Below are positions 16,306-25,950 of a DNA stretch of 64,000 bases, piece by piece. The notes under the pieces are model-generated. The model was not told the origin of the DNA. It saw only the letters and a list, made by a program, of their open reading frames with translations, and did not search any database. This DNA is from an uncultured Gemmatimonadota bacterium (GTDB lineage: Bacteria; SM23-81; DAOVCL01), in the NCBI GenBank assembly GCA_964626665.1, contig CAZVGK010000001.1, forward strand, positions 128,001 to 192,000, written 5' to 3'. How positions within the stretch are numbered: the stretch's first letter is position 1; every line of letters begins with the position of its first letter. Both the position numbers and the translations under genes were made by a program.

Positions 16306-18351
16306 ATGATGCAGTCACTCTATGCCGGTGTATCCGGATTGAAAAACCATTTAACCAGGATGGATGTCATCGGCAACAACATAGCCAATGTGAACACCAT
16401 TGGCTTCAAGTCGGGAAGGGTAACCTTCAAGGAGGCAATGTCCGCCCTCCTGCGGGGGGCTACCAGGCCCTCGTTGGAGAGGGGAGGGGTCAACCCGATG
16501 CAGATTGGCTTGGGGATGGCCATAGGCTCAATTGACAACATCTTCACCCAGGGGAGCTTAGAGACCACAGGCATTATCACCGATCTGGCCCTGCAGGGCG
16601 ATGGTTTCTTTGTCCTCAGGGACGGGGAAAAGAGGTATTTTACCCGAGCCGGGGCCTTCCGGGTGGACTCCTTAGGGAGAATGGTTAGCCCTGATGGTCT
16701 GATAGTTCAAGGGAAGATGGCCGATGCCTTAGGGGTGATCGGGTCGGGAACCGCAGTGGGCGATATCACCCTACCCTTTGGCCAGAAGACGGCAGCAAAG
16801 GCCACATCGGAGATAGGCTTCACCTGTAATCTGGATTCGAGGGAGAGCCCTTTGAGCTCCATCTTTGACTCCAAATCCCTCTTGGCTATTGAGGAGGGAA
16901 GCAACGATATGAGCGGCCTCTATGCCAATGGAAATGCTAACAGCGCACTCGCCCTCACCCCGGGCGATACGGTAACGGTGCAGATAGGCGCCACATCTGT
17001 AACCTATACCTATGTGGAAACAGACTCCGGAGCCACGGCTGATGACTTTCACACCATCAATGACCTCATAGCCGAGGTGAACAATGATTTTTCCGGCACG
17101 ATTACCGCAAGCATAGACTTGGATGGAGCCATAAACTTCACCAATGGTTCAGGTGGGGATATCACCCTCACCATCACCAGCTCCAATGCCACCCTACAGA
17201 GTAGCTTGGGAGCAGAAGGGGGAGTAAGCATTGCCAATGGGGGGTCTCACCTAAGCGATCAGTTCTCCCATACCTCGATGGGAGGTGATCTCTTGGTTAA
17301 CCTCAGGGATTCCGAGGGGAATGGTCTGGAGATTGTAGCCACTGATGTGATCAACATCAGCGGCTCCATCGGGGGAACAGGGATTGGAGCCAGCAGCTTC
17401 ACCGCTACCTCATCAAGTACCCTGACCGATCTGGCTACTGCTATCGAGACTGCTTTTGACACCTCTGCCGCCGCGGGAGGTAGTGACATAGCGGAGGTAA
17501 CCATCGACAGTGATGGTTCTATCAGGGTGGGAACTGTGGCTGGAGCTCCTTCTCAGGTAACATCGGTTACCGTGAACTGCAGTGGAAAACCTGTCTTCAA
17601 CACGGCGATGACCTTTATGCAGACTCAGCAGCCCACCACCGTTTCCCACTCCACCTCCATAACTGCATATGACAGCCAGGGGGGAACTCATATAATCACC
17701 TTCACCTTCACCAAGGATGCTACCGCGGAAAACATATGGGACTGGACGGCCTCGGTAGAGGAGCCAGCCACGATGATCAGCGGCTATTCGGGGAAGGTGG
17801 AATTCAATACTGACGGCTCCCTGAAGAGCTTTAGCTATGATACGGGGAGCAGCTTCAAGTTCGCCCCAGGGACCGGTGCGGATAGCCCGGTGGAGATTAG
17901 CCTCAACCCAGGTGAGATGGGGGGTTTCACTGGCGTCACCCAGTTTGCCTCCCCCTCTACCACCATTGCCTCCAGCCAGGATGGATATGGAATGGGAACC
18001 CTGGACTCCATATCCATAGGTGAAGATGGGACGATCACCGGCTCCTTCACCAACGGCGTGCTCCGTACCTTGGCCCAGATCTCCCTGGCTTCCTTTAAAA
18101 ATCCTGAGGGGTTGAAGAAAGCAGGGGACAGCCTCTACCAGGAGACCACCAACTCCGGACTTCCTCTGATTGGATCAGCAGGAACCACCGTCCACGCCAC
18201 CATCTCCTCCGGGGCCTTAGAGATGTCCAATGTGGACCTGGCTCAGGAGTTCGTCAATATGATCGTCGCTCAGAGGGGATTCCAGGCTAACGCCAGGATC
18301 ATTACCACCAGCGATGATATGCTGCGAGAGCTGGTCAACCTGAAGAGGTAA
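16306..18351 (+). CDS. flgE: Flagellar hook protein FlgE (long form)
   Basis: MMQSLYAGVSGL...DVIGNNIANVNTIGFK; FTRAGAF; C-terminal LEMSNVDLAQEFVNMIVAQRGFQANARIITTSD. Confidence 0.96.
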   Translation: MMQSLYAGVSGLKNHLTRMDVIGNNIANVNTIGFKSGRVTFKEAMSALLRGATRPSLERGGVNPMQIGLGMAIGSIDNIFTQGSLETTGIITDLALQGDGFFVLRDGEKRYFTRAGAFRVDSLGRMVSPDGLIVQGKMADALGVIGSGTAVGDITLPFGQKTAAKATSEIGFTCNLDSRESPLSSIFDSKSLLAIEEGSNDMSGLYANGNANSALALTPGDTVTVQIGATSVTYTYVETDSGATADDFHTINDLIAEVNNDFSGTITASIDLDGAINFTNGSGGDITLTITSSNATLQSSLGAEGGVSIANGGSHLSDQFSHTSMGGDLLVNLRDSEGNGLEIVATDVINISGSIGGTGIGASSFTATSSSTLTDLATAIETAFDTSAAAGGSDIAEVTIDSDGSIRVGTVAGAPSQVTSVTVNCSGKPVFNTAMTFMQTQQPTTVSHSTSITAYDSQGGTHIITFTFTKDATAENIWDWTASVEEPATMISGYSGKVEFNTDGSLKSFSYDTGSSFKFAPGTGADSPVEISLNPGEMGGFTGVTQFASPSTTIASSQDGYGMGTLDSISIGEDGTITGSFTNGVLRTLAQISLASFKNPEGLKKAGDSLYQETTNSGLPLIGSAGTTVHATISSGALEMSNVDLAQEFVNMIVAQRGFQANARIITTSDDMLRELVNLKR

Positions 18352-18365
18352 TAGTTAAAATGAAA

Positions 18366-18585
18366 GAGGCGGCAGAACTGGGTTCTGCCGCCATCCTCTC
18401 TTCCCGTCAGGTGAGGGCACCTACCTGCTCAGGGGTTAATTCTCCCCCACTGGCGGGAGGGTAGCCGCACTTTTAGATTGCGAAAGGACGCAGACTGAAG
18501 TCTGCAGCTACCGGCGGGACAATATAGTAGCTGAGCGGTCAGGTCCCCTGATTTGACCGTGGCAGAACAAGGGTTCTGCCACCTC
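18366..18585. repeat. REP-like palindrome cluster
   Basis: ggcggcagaac..gttctgccgcc; gtagccgcac...cgcagactgaagtctgcagctac; cggtcagg..tttgaccg; gtggcagaac..gttctgccac. Confidence 0.8.
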
Positions 18586-18640
18586 GTTCCATTTTGTGCC
18601 CCCAGCAGCAAAGTCAAGCTTCGCTAAACTGTGAGGAAGG

Positions 18641-20164
18641 ATGAAGTTATTTTACATCTCCACCTTTCTATCCCTTGTCCTCTTGGTCTCATCCTGTGCC
18701 AAGAAGCCGACCAAGGAAGAGAATCATCCACCGGTAATCAGCGAGCTTAAAGCCAGCAAATTAGCCGTGGATTTCCAAACGGATGTGACCATCACCGCCC
18801 AGGTTACCGATCAGGATGAGGATGAGCTCAGTGCAACCTGGAGGGCTAACTGGGGAAACTTTAAGGCTAGCTCCCAGGATTCGGCCATCTGGACATCGCC
18901 TTCTTCCCCAGCTATCGCCACCCTGACATTGGTGGTTTCCGATGGAAAGGGGGGAGGGGACAGGGACAGTCTGCAGATAGGGGTGAGGGACAACCCACCC
19001 CAAATAACCGGCCTCATCGCCCGTTCTCCCAACCTCACCTTGGGGGGAGAGACGGTCATCCTTTGCACTGCTTCTGATCCCGATGGGGATACACTCAGCT
19101 ATGCCTGGGAAGGGTCTGGAGGGGCCTTCTCGTGGCTCCAGGGCGACTCCTGCGGCTGGGTAGCCCCCTCCCAGGAGGGAATCTATCAAATCACAGTAAA
19201 GGTTGTAGATGGGAAAGGGGGAGAGGTGGGAGACAGCCTCAGTATGAAGGTATATAGGGAGTCTGGATGTTGCTGGGTCTCCGATACCTTTCACGATCAG
19301 GTGGTGAAGGTCTCTCCGCAGGGGATAGTGCTCTTTCGGGTGACAGGCTTCTCCCAGCCCTTTGGTATGGCCGTCAACCCCTTAGAGGAAGCCTGTTGGG
19401 TGGCGGATACCTACAATAACAGGGTGGTAAAGCTGGATTCTCAGGGAGGAAATGAGGCCATTGTAACAGGATTTCAGGCTCCAAAGGCCCTGTCCTGTTT
19501 CTATATTGAAGGGGCCTGTTGGATAACCGATTCCGGAGGAGATCAGGTGGTGAAGGTCTCTTATGATGGGCAAGAGCTGCTTAGGGTGGGAGGATTCCAT
19601 TCTCCCCAATCAGTGGCCGTTGATCAGGCAAACGGAGGCTGTTGGGTGGCTGACACTGGGGGGGATCGGGTCGTTTGGCTCTCCGCAACGGCGCCCGATG
19701 GAGCATTGGTGGATAGCCTTCCCTCTACGGATGCGCTGATTGTAGGGGGGATGGGTAGTCCGATAGCGGTCTCCGTGAGCAGATTTGATGGCTCCTGCTG
19801 GGTAGCGGAGAAGGACTCCAATAGGGTAGCGAAGATCTCCTCCCAAGGGCAGGTATTGCTGCGCATTCAGGACTTGCAGGCCCCTCAATCGGTAAGCGTA
19901 AACTCCCGGGATGGATGTTGTTGGGTGGCAGATACGGGAGCCAACCGGGTAGTTAAGTTCTCCCCTTCCGGCGATCTCCTCTTAGAGGTGAAGGATCAAT
20001 TCCACCAGCCATACTCCGTAGCGGTGAACCCTACCGATGGTTCTTGTTGGGTGGCAGACACCTATGGCTATCGGGTGGTAAAACTGTCATCTCAAGGTGA
20101 TCTCCTCTACGCGATAGGGGGTTTTACCGCTCCCCGGGCCATCTCAGTGAACCCCGGCCAATGA
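18641..20164 (+). CDS. Lipoprotein with two Ig/PKD-like domains and a 7-bladed NHL-type beta-propeller
   Basis: Lipobox LVSS-C19; two NxPP.I...DxDxD.LS..W...V.DGKGG domains; seven CW(V/I)xDT..(N/D)(R/Q)VVK repeats. Confidence 0.85.
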   Translation: MKLFYISTFLSLVLLVSSCAKKPTKEENHPPVISELKASKLAVDFQTDVTITAQVTDQDEDELSATWRANWGNFKASSQDSAIWTSPSSPAIATLTLVVSDGKGGGDRDSLQIGVRDNPPQITGLIARSPNLTLGGETVILCTASDPDGDTLSYAWEGSGGAFSWLQGDSCGWVAPSQEGIYQITVKVVDGKGGEVGDSLSMKVYRESGCCWVSDTFHDQVVKVSPQGIVLFRVTGFSQPFGMAVNPLEEACWVADTYNNRVVKLDSQGGNEAIVTGFQAPKALSCFYIEGACWITDSGGDQVVKVSYDGQELLRVGGFHSPQSVAVDQANGGCWVADTGGDRVVWLSATAPDGALVDSLPSTDALIVGGMGSPIAVSVSRFDGSCWVAEKDSNRVAKISSQGQVLLRIQDLQAPQSVSVNSRDGCCWVADTGANRVVKFSPSGDLLLEVKDQFHQPYSVAVNPTDGSCWVADTYGYRVVKLSSQGDLLYAIGGFTAPRAISVNPGQ

Positions 20165-20361
20165 TCCATCTTAGCAGACTGAATGGAAAACCTTTGGTGA
20201 TCAATGCGGAGTTGATAGAGCTCATCGAGAGAACGCCAGATACCATTCTCACCCTGACTACAGGGAGAAAGATAATGGTCAAGGAAGATGTTGCCGAGGT
20301 AGTGGAAAAGGTGAAAGAATATCTGAGGGAAGTTAGAATATGGACATTACCACCTTCATAG
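20161..20361 (+). CDS. flbD: Flagellar protein FlbD (SwrD)
   Basis: MIHLSRLNGKPLVINAELIELIERTPDTILTLTTGRKIMVKE. Confidence 0.95.
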   Translation: MIHLSRLNGKPLVINAELIELIERTPDTILTLTTGRKIMVKEDVAEVVEKVKEYLREVRIWTLPPS

Positions 20362-21134
20362 GAATCATCAGCGGGGTCTTCGTTCTGGTAGTGGCCATCT
20401 TTATGGGTGGGGGACTGGCTATCTTTATCAACATCCCCTCTTTGATGGTGGTGGTAGGTGGAACCTTTGCCGCCACCCTGATTAATTTTCCCCTGCCGGA
20501 GATGCTCAGGTTGATCAAGGTGGTGAAAAACGCCTTCCTGCACAAGGTGATCTCCCCGGTGGAGACGATCAATAAATTGGTTCACTTTGCGGAGATAGCG
20601 CGGAAGAACGGTATGTTGGCCCTGGACAAAGAGCTGAAGGATATCGAGGATGCTTTCTTAAGGGAGGGGATGCAGTTGGCTGTGGATGGGATGGATCCGG
20701 AGCTGATCAGAAATGTCTTAGAGGTGGAGAAGGCCTTTTTAGAGGAGAGACATACGGTAGGTCAGGGGATCTGTAAGGCTATAGGCAAATATGCCCCCGC
20801 TTTTGGTATGATGGGGACCCTGATCGGACTTATCCAAATGTTGAGAAGCCTTGATGATCCCTCGAAGATAGGGCCGGGGATGGCCGTGGCCCTGATCACC
20901 ACCTTCTATGGGGCGATGATAGCCAACCTCCTCTTCCTCCCCTTGGCGGGAAAGCTGGAGACTCTCTCCCAGCAGGAGATGCTGCTCAAGGATTTGGCCA
21001 TAGAGGGGATACTCGCCATCCAGGCCGGGGATAGCCCGCGTATAGTTGAACAGAAGCTACGGGCCTTCCTGGCCCCCCATCTGCGGGCGGGGATAAAGAG
21101 AAGAAAAGCGGGGGGGGAGGAAAGTGGCAATTAA
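20340..21134 (+). CDS. motA: Flagellar stator protein MotA/PomA
   Basis: PSLMVVVGGT, ARKNGMLAL, APAFGMMGTLIGLIQML, AVALITTFYG. Confidence 0.96.
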   Translation: MDITTFIGIISGVFVLVVAIFMGGGLAIFINIPSLMVVVGGTFAATLINFPLPEMLRLIKVVKNAFLHKVISPVETINKLVHFAEIARKNGMLALDKELKDIEDAFLREGMQLAVDGMDPELIRNVLEVEKAFLEERHTVGQGICKAIGKYAPAFGMMGTLIGLIQMLRSLDDPSKIGPGMAVALITTFYGAMIANLLFLPLAGKLETLSQQEMLLKDLAIEGILAIQAGDSPRIVEQKLRAFLAPHLRAGIKRRKAGGEESGN

Positions 21135-21876
21135 GAGAAAGAAGAAAAAGGCAGAGGAGGGAGCACCTGAATGGATGGTCACTTATGGGGATCTGATGAC
21201 CCTGTTGATGACCTTCTTCGTTCTGCTCTTCTCCTTCTCCTCCATTCAGGAGTCAAAGTTTAGAAATGCCATTGGTTCCCTGAAGGGTGCTCTTGGCGTG
21301 CTGTTAAAGAACCCCAAGGCAATGAGCCAGATAAAATCTGATTCCCATTTTCTCCCGCAGAGGGAAAAACGATTGATGGAAGCACTGAAAAAGGTGAGAA
21401 ATCTTTCCCAGGAGGGAAAGTTCAAAGGGCAGATAAAGCTGATCAAAACAAAGAAGGGATGGTTGATCAGTATTTCCAATCCGGTGATGTTCGATATTGG
21501 CAAGGCCGACATAAAGCTTGGGCTCTATCCGGTCTTGGATATGATTGCCGATGTGATCAGGGCCAAACCGATGGAGGTGCGAGTAGTGGGCCATACCTGC
21601 GATCTTCCCATTCACACCAGCCAGTTCCCTTCCAACTGGGAGCTTTCGACCACCAGGGCGGTAAATGTGGTAAAATACTTGGAATCCAAGGGTATCCCGG
21701 GGGCCAAATTCTCGGCTGAGGGAAGGTCTAAATACTCCCCCATTGTCCCTAACGACTCGGAGGAGCACAGAAGGTTAAATCGGAGGGTGGAGATATACCT
21801 CGATTCTATCAATCCCCCGGTGGTGCCAGTAGAATCGATTAACCCTGTCCCATGGTCAGGAAAGGAGAAAAGTTAA
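21124..21876 (+). CDS. motB: Flagellar stator protein MotB/PomB
   Basis: WMVTYGDLMTLLMTFFVLL TM helix; OmpA domain GHT...SNWELSTTRA..V...NRRVEI; GTG start. Confidence 0.96.
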   Translation: MAIKRKKKKAEEGAPEWMVTYGDLMTLLMTFFVLLFSFSSIQESKFRNAIGSLKGALGVLLKNPKAMSQIKSDSHFLPQREKRLMEALKKVRNLSQEGKFKGQIKLIKTKKGWLISISNPVMFDIGKADIKLGLYPVLDMIADVIRAKPMEVRVVGHTCDLPIHTSQFPSNWELSTTRAVNVVKYLESKGIPGAKFSAEGRSKYSPIVPNDSEEHRRLNRRVEIYLDSINPPVVPVESINPVPWSGKEKS

Positions 21877-22463
21877 TGGCAACCAAAAAGACGGAAACTG
21901 AAAAAGAGAAGAAGGGAAACTCACCTGCCGAAGTTCCTGAGGCTAAGGTAAAAAAGGGGGGAGAGGGGGACCAGCCAAAGAAGGGATTTATTCCCGGCAG
22001 AATGAAGCTAATCGCCCTTCCCCTGATTGTGGCGATTATATCCTGGGTGGTCATTACCAAGGTTATCTCCCCAAAGCTACTGGCCCAGAAGAAGGATTTA
22101 GAGAAGAAGAAGACAGAGCTGAAAGAGGAACCACCCAAGGAGAAGCCAAAGGACGACATGGTCGGCCAGATCTACACCATTGAAAACATTATAGTTAACC
22201 CGGCAGATTCTAACGGGGAGAGGTTCGTTAAGACTTCCATAGCCTTGGAGATGGAGCAAGCCAAACTTGCCGAAGAGCTCACCAAGAGGGATGTTCAACT
22301 ACGGGACATATTGATAGGCATCTTCACCAGCAAGACGGTAGAGGAAATCACTAACCCCGCCAAGAGGGAAAGTCTCAGACAAGAAATCAAGGGAAAGATA
22401 AACTCCCTTCTGGTAGGTGAAAAAATAAAGAATGTCTATTTCACGGATCTGGTAATCCAATAG
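21876..22463 (+). CDS. fliL: Flagellar basal body protein FliL
   Basis: TM helix; IIVNPADSNGERFVK...LRDILI...NVYFTDLVIQ; TAATG overlap with motB. Confidence 0.93.
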   Translation: MATKKTETEKEKKGNSPAEVPEAKVKKGGEGDQPKKGFIPGRMKLIALPLIVAIISWVVITKVISPKLLAQKKDLEKKKTELKEEPPKEKPKDDMVGQIYTIENIIVNPADSNGERFVKTSIALEMEQAKLAEELTKRDVQLRDILIGIFTSKTVEEITNPAKRESLRQEIKGKINSLLVGEKIKNVYFTDLVIQ

Positions 22464-22470
22464 GTAACAC

Positions 22471-22614
22471 TTACCACGGAATGGACCTTCATCAATGATC
22501 AATTAACAATTAGCAATGGTCAATTAGCAAGTCTTAAAGAGGGAAAATCCTGAAGTGTCAATTTCCATTGATCATTGATTATTTCTGTGCCAGTCCGTGG
22601 CTATCGGTGGTGAA
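22471..22614. repeat. Composite intergenic repeat (ccacgg/ccgtgg arms around CAATTA/CATTGA heptamers)
   Basis: ttaccacggaa...caatgatcaattaacaattagcaatggtcaattagcaag...tttccattgatcattga...tctgtgccagtccgtggctatcggtggtgaa. Confidence 0.8.
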
Positions 22615-22638
22615 CAATTATTCCAATAGGAAGGAACA

Positions 22639-23643
22639 ATGCCGGGTATCTTATCCCAGGAGGAGATAGACCAATTAGTTTCATCGGTGTCTGAGGGCAA
22701 AGGTCAGGGGAGAAGGCCCCCTGGCGCTGAAAAGGAGGCGATCCCCTATGACTTCCGCCAGCAGAACATAATTCCTAAGGGGTCTTTGCACGCCTTCCAG
22801 ATAGTCCACAGCGATTTTGCCAAATCCTTGAGTGGCTTTCTCCTGAGGAGCGTAAAGACCGAACTAATCGTGAACTTGGCCACTGTCAACACCATTCCCT
22901 TAGGGGAGTTTATAAAATCGCGGGAGAATCCCACTTATCTAAATTTAGTAAGGCTGAAACCCTTTGAGGGCAACCTGATTATAGATTCCTCTCCTAACTT
23001 GGTCTTCCTTCTTGTTGACCTCCTCTTCGGGGGGACGGGCAGTCCTCCTTCTACAAACGGGTTAATTACCCATATGGAAAGGAAGTTCATGCGGAAACTG
23101 ATGGAAGGTATGCTCGAGGAGTTCAAAACCACCTGGGAGAAGATAACCCTCTTTCATCCTAAGATCGAAGAGGAGGAAACCGACCCCTCAATTGTGGGCT
23201 CACCATCTAACCTGGAGAACGCAATGATGGTCATCTACGAATTGAGCCTGGAAAAGGGATCAGAAACCCACCACCTCCTGAGTTTTTGTTATAGCGCTAA
23301 ACTCCTCAAATCCCTGGTGGCCGTTCTGGGCCAGAAGAGAGGGGGAGAGGAGAGGGAAGTCCCTCCGCAAGAGCGGGATCAATCGGGGAAATTGAGGAAG
23401 AGCTTGGGTCAAGTGGAGGTCCCGGTGGAGGCAAAGTTGGGTGAGGCCCACCTGACCATTAGGGATATGATTGACCTGCAGGCAGGGGACATCATCAGGC
23501 TGAGCAACTATGTGGGTGGAGATCTAACGGTTGAGGTGAAGGGAAAGCCAAAGTTTCTTGCCCGTCCTGGGGCTTACCGGGGCAAGGCGGCCGTAGTGGT
23601 TACCTCAACCCTGAAGGAAGGAGTGGTGAAAGATGGCGAGTAA
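22639..23643 (+). CDS. fliM: Flagellar motor switch protein FliM
   Basis: LSQEEIDQL CheY-binding motif, PYDFR, LLFGGTG, C-terminal SpoA domain. Confidence 0.93.
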   Translation: MPGILSQEEIDQLVSSVSEGKGQGRRPPGAEKEAIPYDFRQQNIIPKGSLHAFQIVHSDFAKSLSGFLLRSVKTELIVNLATVNTIPLGEFIKSRENPTYLNLVRLKPFEGNLIIDSSPNLVFLLVDLLFGGTGSPPSTNGLITHMERKFMRKLMEGMLEEFKTTWEKITLFHPKIEEEETDPSIVGSPSNLENAMMVIYELSLEKGSETHHLLSFCYSAKLLKSLVAVLGQKRGGEEREVPPQERDQSGKLRKSLGQVEVPVEAKLGEAHLTIRDMIDLQAGDIIRLSNYVGGDLTVEVKGKPKFLARPGAYRGKAAVVVTSTLKEGVVKDGE

Positions 23644-24274
23644 AAAAGAGAAAGTGAGCCCACCTCCCCCGGAGGAGAAGCAGAGTAAAGAGGAGAAGGG
23701 AATTCCAGAGGTGGACGAAAATTTAGAGGAAAAGGATAAAAGCCAGAGGGAAGAGAAAACCCCTGAGGTAGCTGAAAATTTAGCGGGAGATCAGGAGGAA
23801 ACTTCTGCTGGTGGAGGGGAGCAGGGTGGGGAACCTCTGGGAGAAGAACCAGGAGATGAGAGCAAAGCCTCCGGAGAGCAACCGGATCCTGATGCCAACT
23901 TAGAATGGCCAGAGGAGGATACCTCCTCTGGTGAAGAGTCAGCCCCCCAGGAGGAGGTGGCAGTTCAGGATGTCCAATTTGACCAGATTAAGCCCCAACA
24001 ATCAAGTGGCCAACCCAACAATATAGACATCCTCCTGGATGTTGACCTTCCCATCTCCGTGCAATTAGGAAAGACAACAATGACCATCCAGGAGCTCTTG
24101 GAAGTTGGCCCCGGTTCAGTGATCGAGCTGGACAAAATGGTGGGGAACCCAGTGGAGATCCTGGCTAACAACAAGACCATAGCCCAGGGAGAGGTAGTAG
24201 TTGTTGACGAAAACTTTGGGGTGAAAATAACCTCCCTGATCAGCGCGGAAGAGAGGATAAAAAGCCTGAGATGA
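23633..24274 (+). CDS. fliN: Flagellar motor switch protein FliN with long acidic N-terminus
   Basis: NIDILLDVDLPISVQLGKT...GSVIELDK...IAQGEVVVVDENFGVKIT. Confidence 0.95.
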   Translation: MASKKEKVSPPPPEEKQSKEEKGIPEVDENLEEKDKSQREEKTPEVAENLAGDQEETSAGGGEQGGEPLGEEPGDESKASGEQPDPDANLEWPEEDTSSGEESAPQEEVAVQDVQFDQIKPQQSSGQPNNIDILLDVDLPISVQLGKTTMTIQELLEVGPGSVIELDKMVGNPVEILANNKTIAQGEVVVVDENFGVKITSLISAEERIKSLR

Positions 24275-24819
24275 GGTTCCTCTTCCTGATAAGCTCCGTC
24301 CTAAATCCTCAGGGGCCTCCCCTTCCTCTCTCCTATCAGGATCCAACCCCCCTCTCCTCCGTGGGTTTCTGGGGCCTGGCGGGTAAAACCATTGGTTCAC
24401 TCTTCCTTGTGCTGGGTTTAATTGTTTTGCTCATCTTTTTCCTCAAAAAACTCCACTTCCACAGCCCCTTCTCCAATGCCCGCTCTGGGATGATGAAGGT
24501 TATCTCTCACCAAACTCTCCTCCCGAAAAGGGCCCTCTACTTGGTAAAGGTGGCTGATAAGTTCTTGGTTTTAGGGGTAACATCCTCGGAGATAAGTCTG
24601 ATTACCGAACTGGAGAATGGGTTGGATGCCGATTTCGGATCTTCCCATCATCCCAGCGAATTTTCCCAACAGTTGGATAGTTTCCTCTCCAAATTCAAGG
24701 GTGGGGAGCCATCCCCGAAGAGGATGATATCCCTTCAATCAGACTTTCAGGGCAATCTAAGGAAGATACAGGAAAGAATAGGGAAACTGGAGAGGTTGGT
24801 CAACTCCAATTTGCAGTAG
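24271..24819 (+). CDS. fliO: Flagellar biosynthesis protein FliO/FliZ
   Basis: TM helix, then LLPKRALYLVKVADKFLVLGVT..ISLITEL. Confidence 0.88.
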   Translation: MRFLFLISSVLNPQGPPLPLSYQDPTPLSSVGFWGLAGKTIGSLFLVLGLIVLLIFFLKKLHFHSPFSNARSGMMKVISHQTLLPKRALYLVKVADKFLVLGVTSSEISLITELENGLDADFGSSHHPSEFSQQLDSFLSKFKGGEPSPKRMISLQSDFQGNLRKIQERIGKLERLVNSNLQ

Positions 24820-24893
24820 CGCGGTGGCCAACCCCTGTTCTGCTGGGATCAGATCGGGGGGCTGACCACTCTGCCATCAAGGAGGTTTAAATC

Positions 24894-25667
24894 TTGAGAG
24901 ATCAAAATTCATGGAAGAAGTTTAGATCGATCCTCCTGAGGAGGTTCCTTCCGCTGATCCTCCTGCTGTTTTTTTTCTCACCCCAGGCAAAGGCCTTTTC
25001 CTTTCCTCAGCTTCCGTTAGGGGGAGGGGGGACCCCCCAGAATGTCTCCACTGCCATAGAGATACTTCTCCTCCTCACCGTCATCTCCCTGGCCCCTGCC
25101 ATCCTGGTCACCTTGACCTCCTTCACCCGCATTATTGTCGTTTTCTCCCTGTTGAGACGCTCTATGGGAACTATGCAGATGCCCCCCAACCAGGTGATGA
25201 TCGGCCTGGCCCTTTTTCTCACCCTATTTGTAATGGCCCCCGTCTTCAATCAGATAAATGATCAGGCACTTAAACCATTTTTAGCCGAGAAGATAAGCCA
25301 ACAGGAAGCCTATGATCGCGGGATCCAGCCGCTGAGAGATTTTATGCTCAACCAAACAAGGGAGAAGGATCTGGCCCTCTTTGCCCATTTCGCTAAAATT
25401 GAGAGACCTAAGGGACCCTCTGACGTCCCTACCTATGTTATCATTCCCGCATTCATCATCAGTGAGCTGAAGACGGCCTTTCAGATGGGGTTTCTTATCT
25501 ATTTGCCTTTTCTGATCATCGATATGGTGGTGGCCAGTGTGCTTATGTCAATGGGGATGTTGATGCTCCCCCCGATAATGATCTCCTTACCCTTTAAGAT
25601 CCTCCTCTTTGTGATGGTGGATGGATGGAATTTGGTGGTGAGATCATTGATAATGAGCTTTCACTAA
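24894..25667 (+). CDS. fliP: Flagellar export gate protein FliP
   Basis: [56 protein letters not shown] start with SD AAGGAGG. Confidence 0.97.
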   Translation: MRDQNSWKKFRSILLRRFLPLILLLFFFSPQAKAFSFPQLPLGGGGTPQNVSTAIEILLLLTVISLAPAILVTLTSFTRIIVVFSLLRRSMGTMQMPPNQVMIGLALFLTLFVMAPVFNQINDQALKPFLAEKISQQEAYDRGIQPLRDFMLNQTREKDLALFAHFAKIERPKGPSDVPTYVIIPAFIISELKTAFQMGFLIYLPFLIIDMVVASVLMSMGMLMLPPIMISLPFKILLFVMVDGWNLVVRSLIMSFH

Positions 25668-25678
25668 AAGGATAAGGG

Positions 25679-25948
25679 ATGAGCCCAGAGACCTTTCTCT
25701 CCCTCTTTCGGGAGACCTTAATCACCACTCTTCTGGTGTCTGCACCTATGCTCCTTTCCGGGCTTTTGGTCGGGCTTTTAGTCAGCATATTTCAGGCGGT
25801 AACCTCAATTCACGAGATGACCCTGACCTTTATCCCCAAGATCCTGGCGGTGGCCCTAGCCTTGCTCATTTTTCTTCCCTGGATGATAGCCAAACTGTTA
25901 GATTTTGCCTCTCATCTCTTCATTAACCTCCTTTCCTATATCGGCTAA
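25679..25948 (+). CDS. fliQ: Flagellar export gate protein FliQ
   Basis: GLLVSIFQAVTSIHEMTLTFIPKI. Confidence 0.97.
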   Translation: MSPETFLSLFRETLITTLLVSAPMLLSGLLVGLLVSIFQAVTSIHEMTLTFIPKILAVALALLIFLPWMIAKLLDFASHLFINLLSYIG

Positions 25949-25950
25949 AT

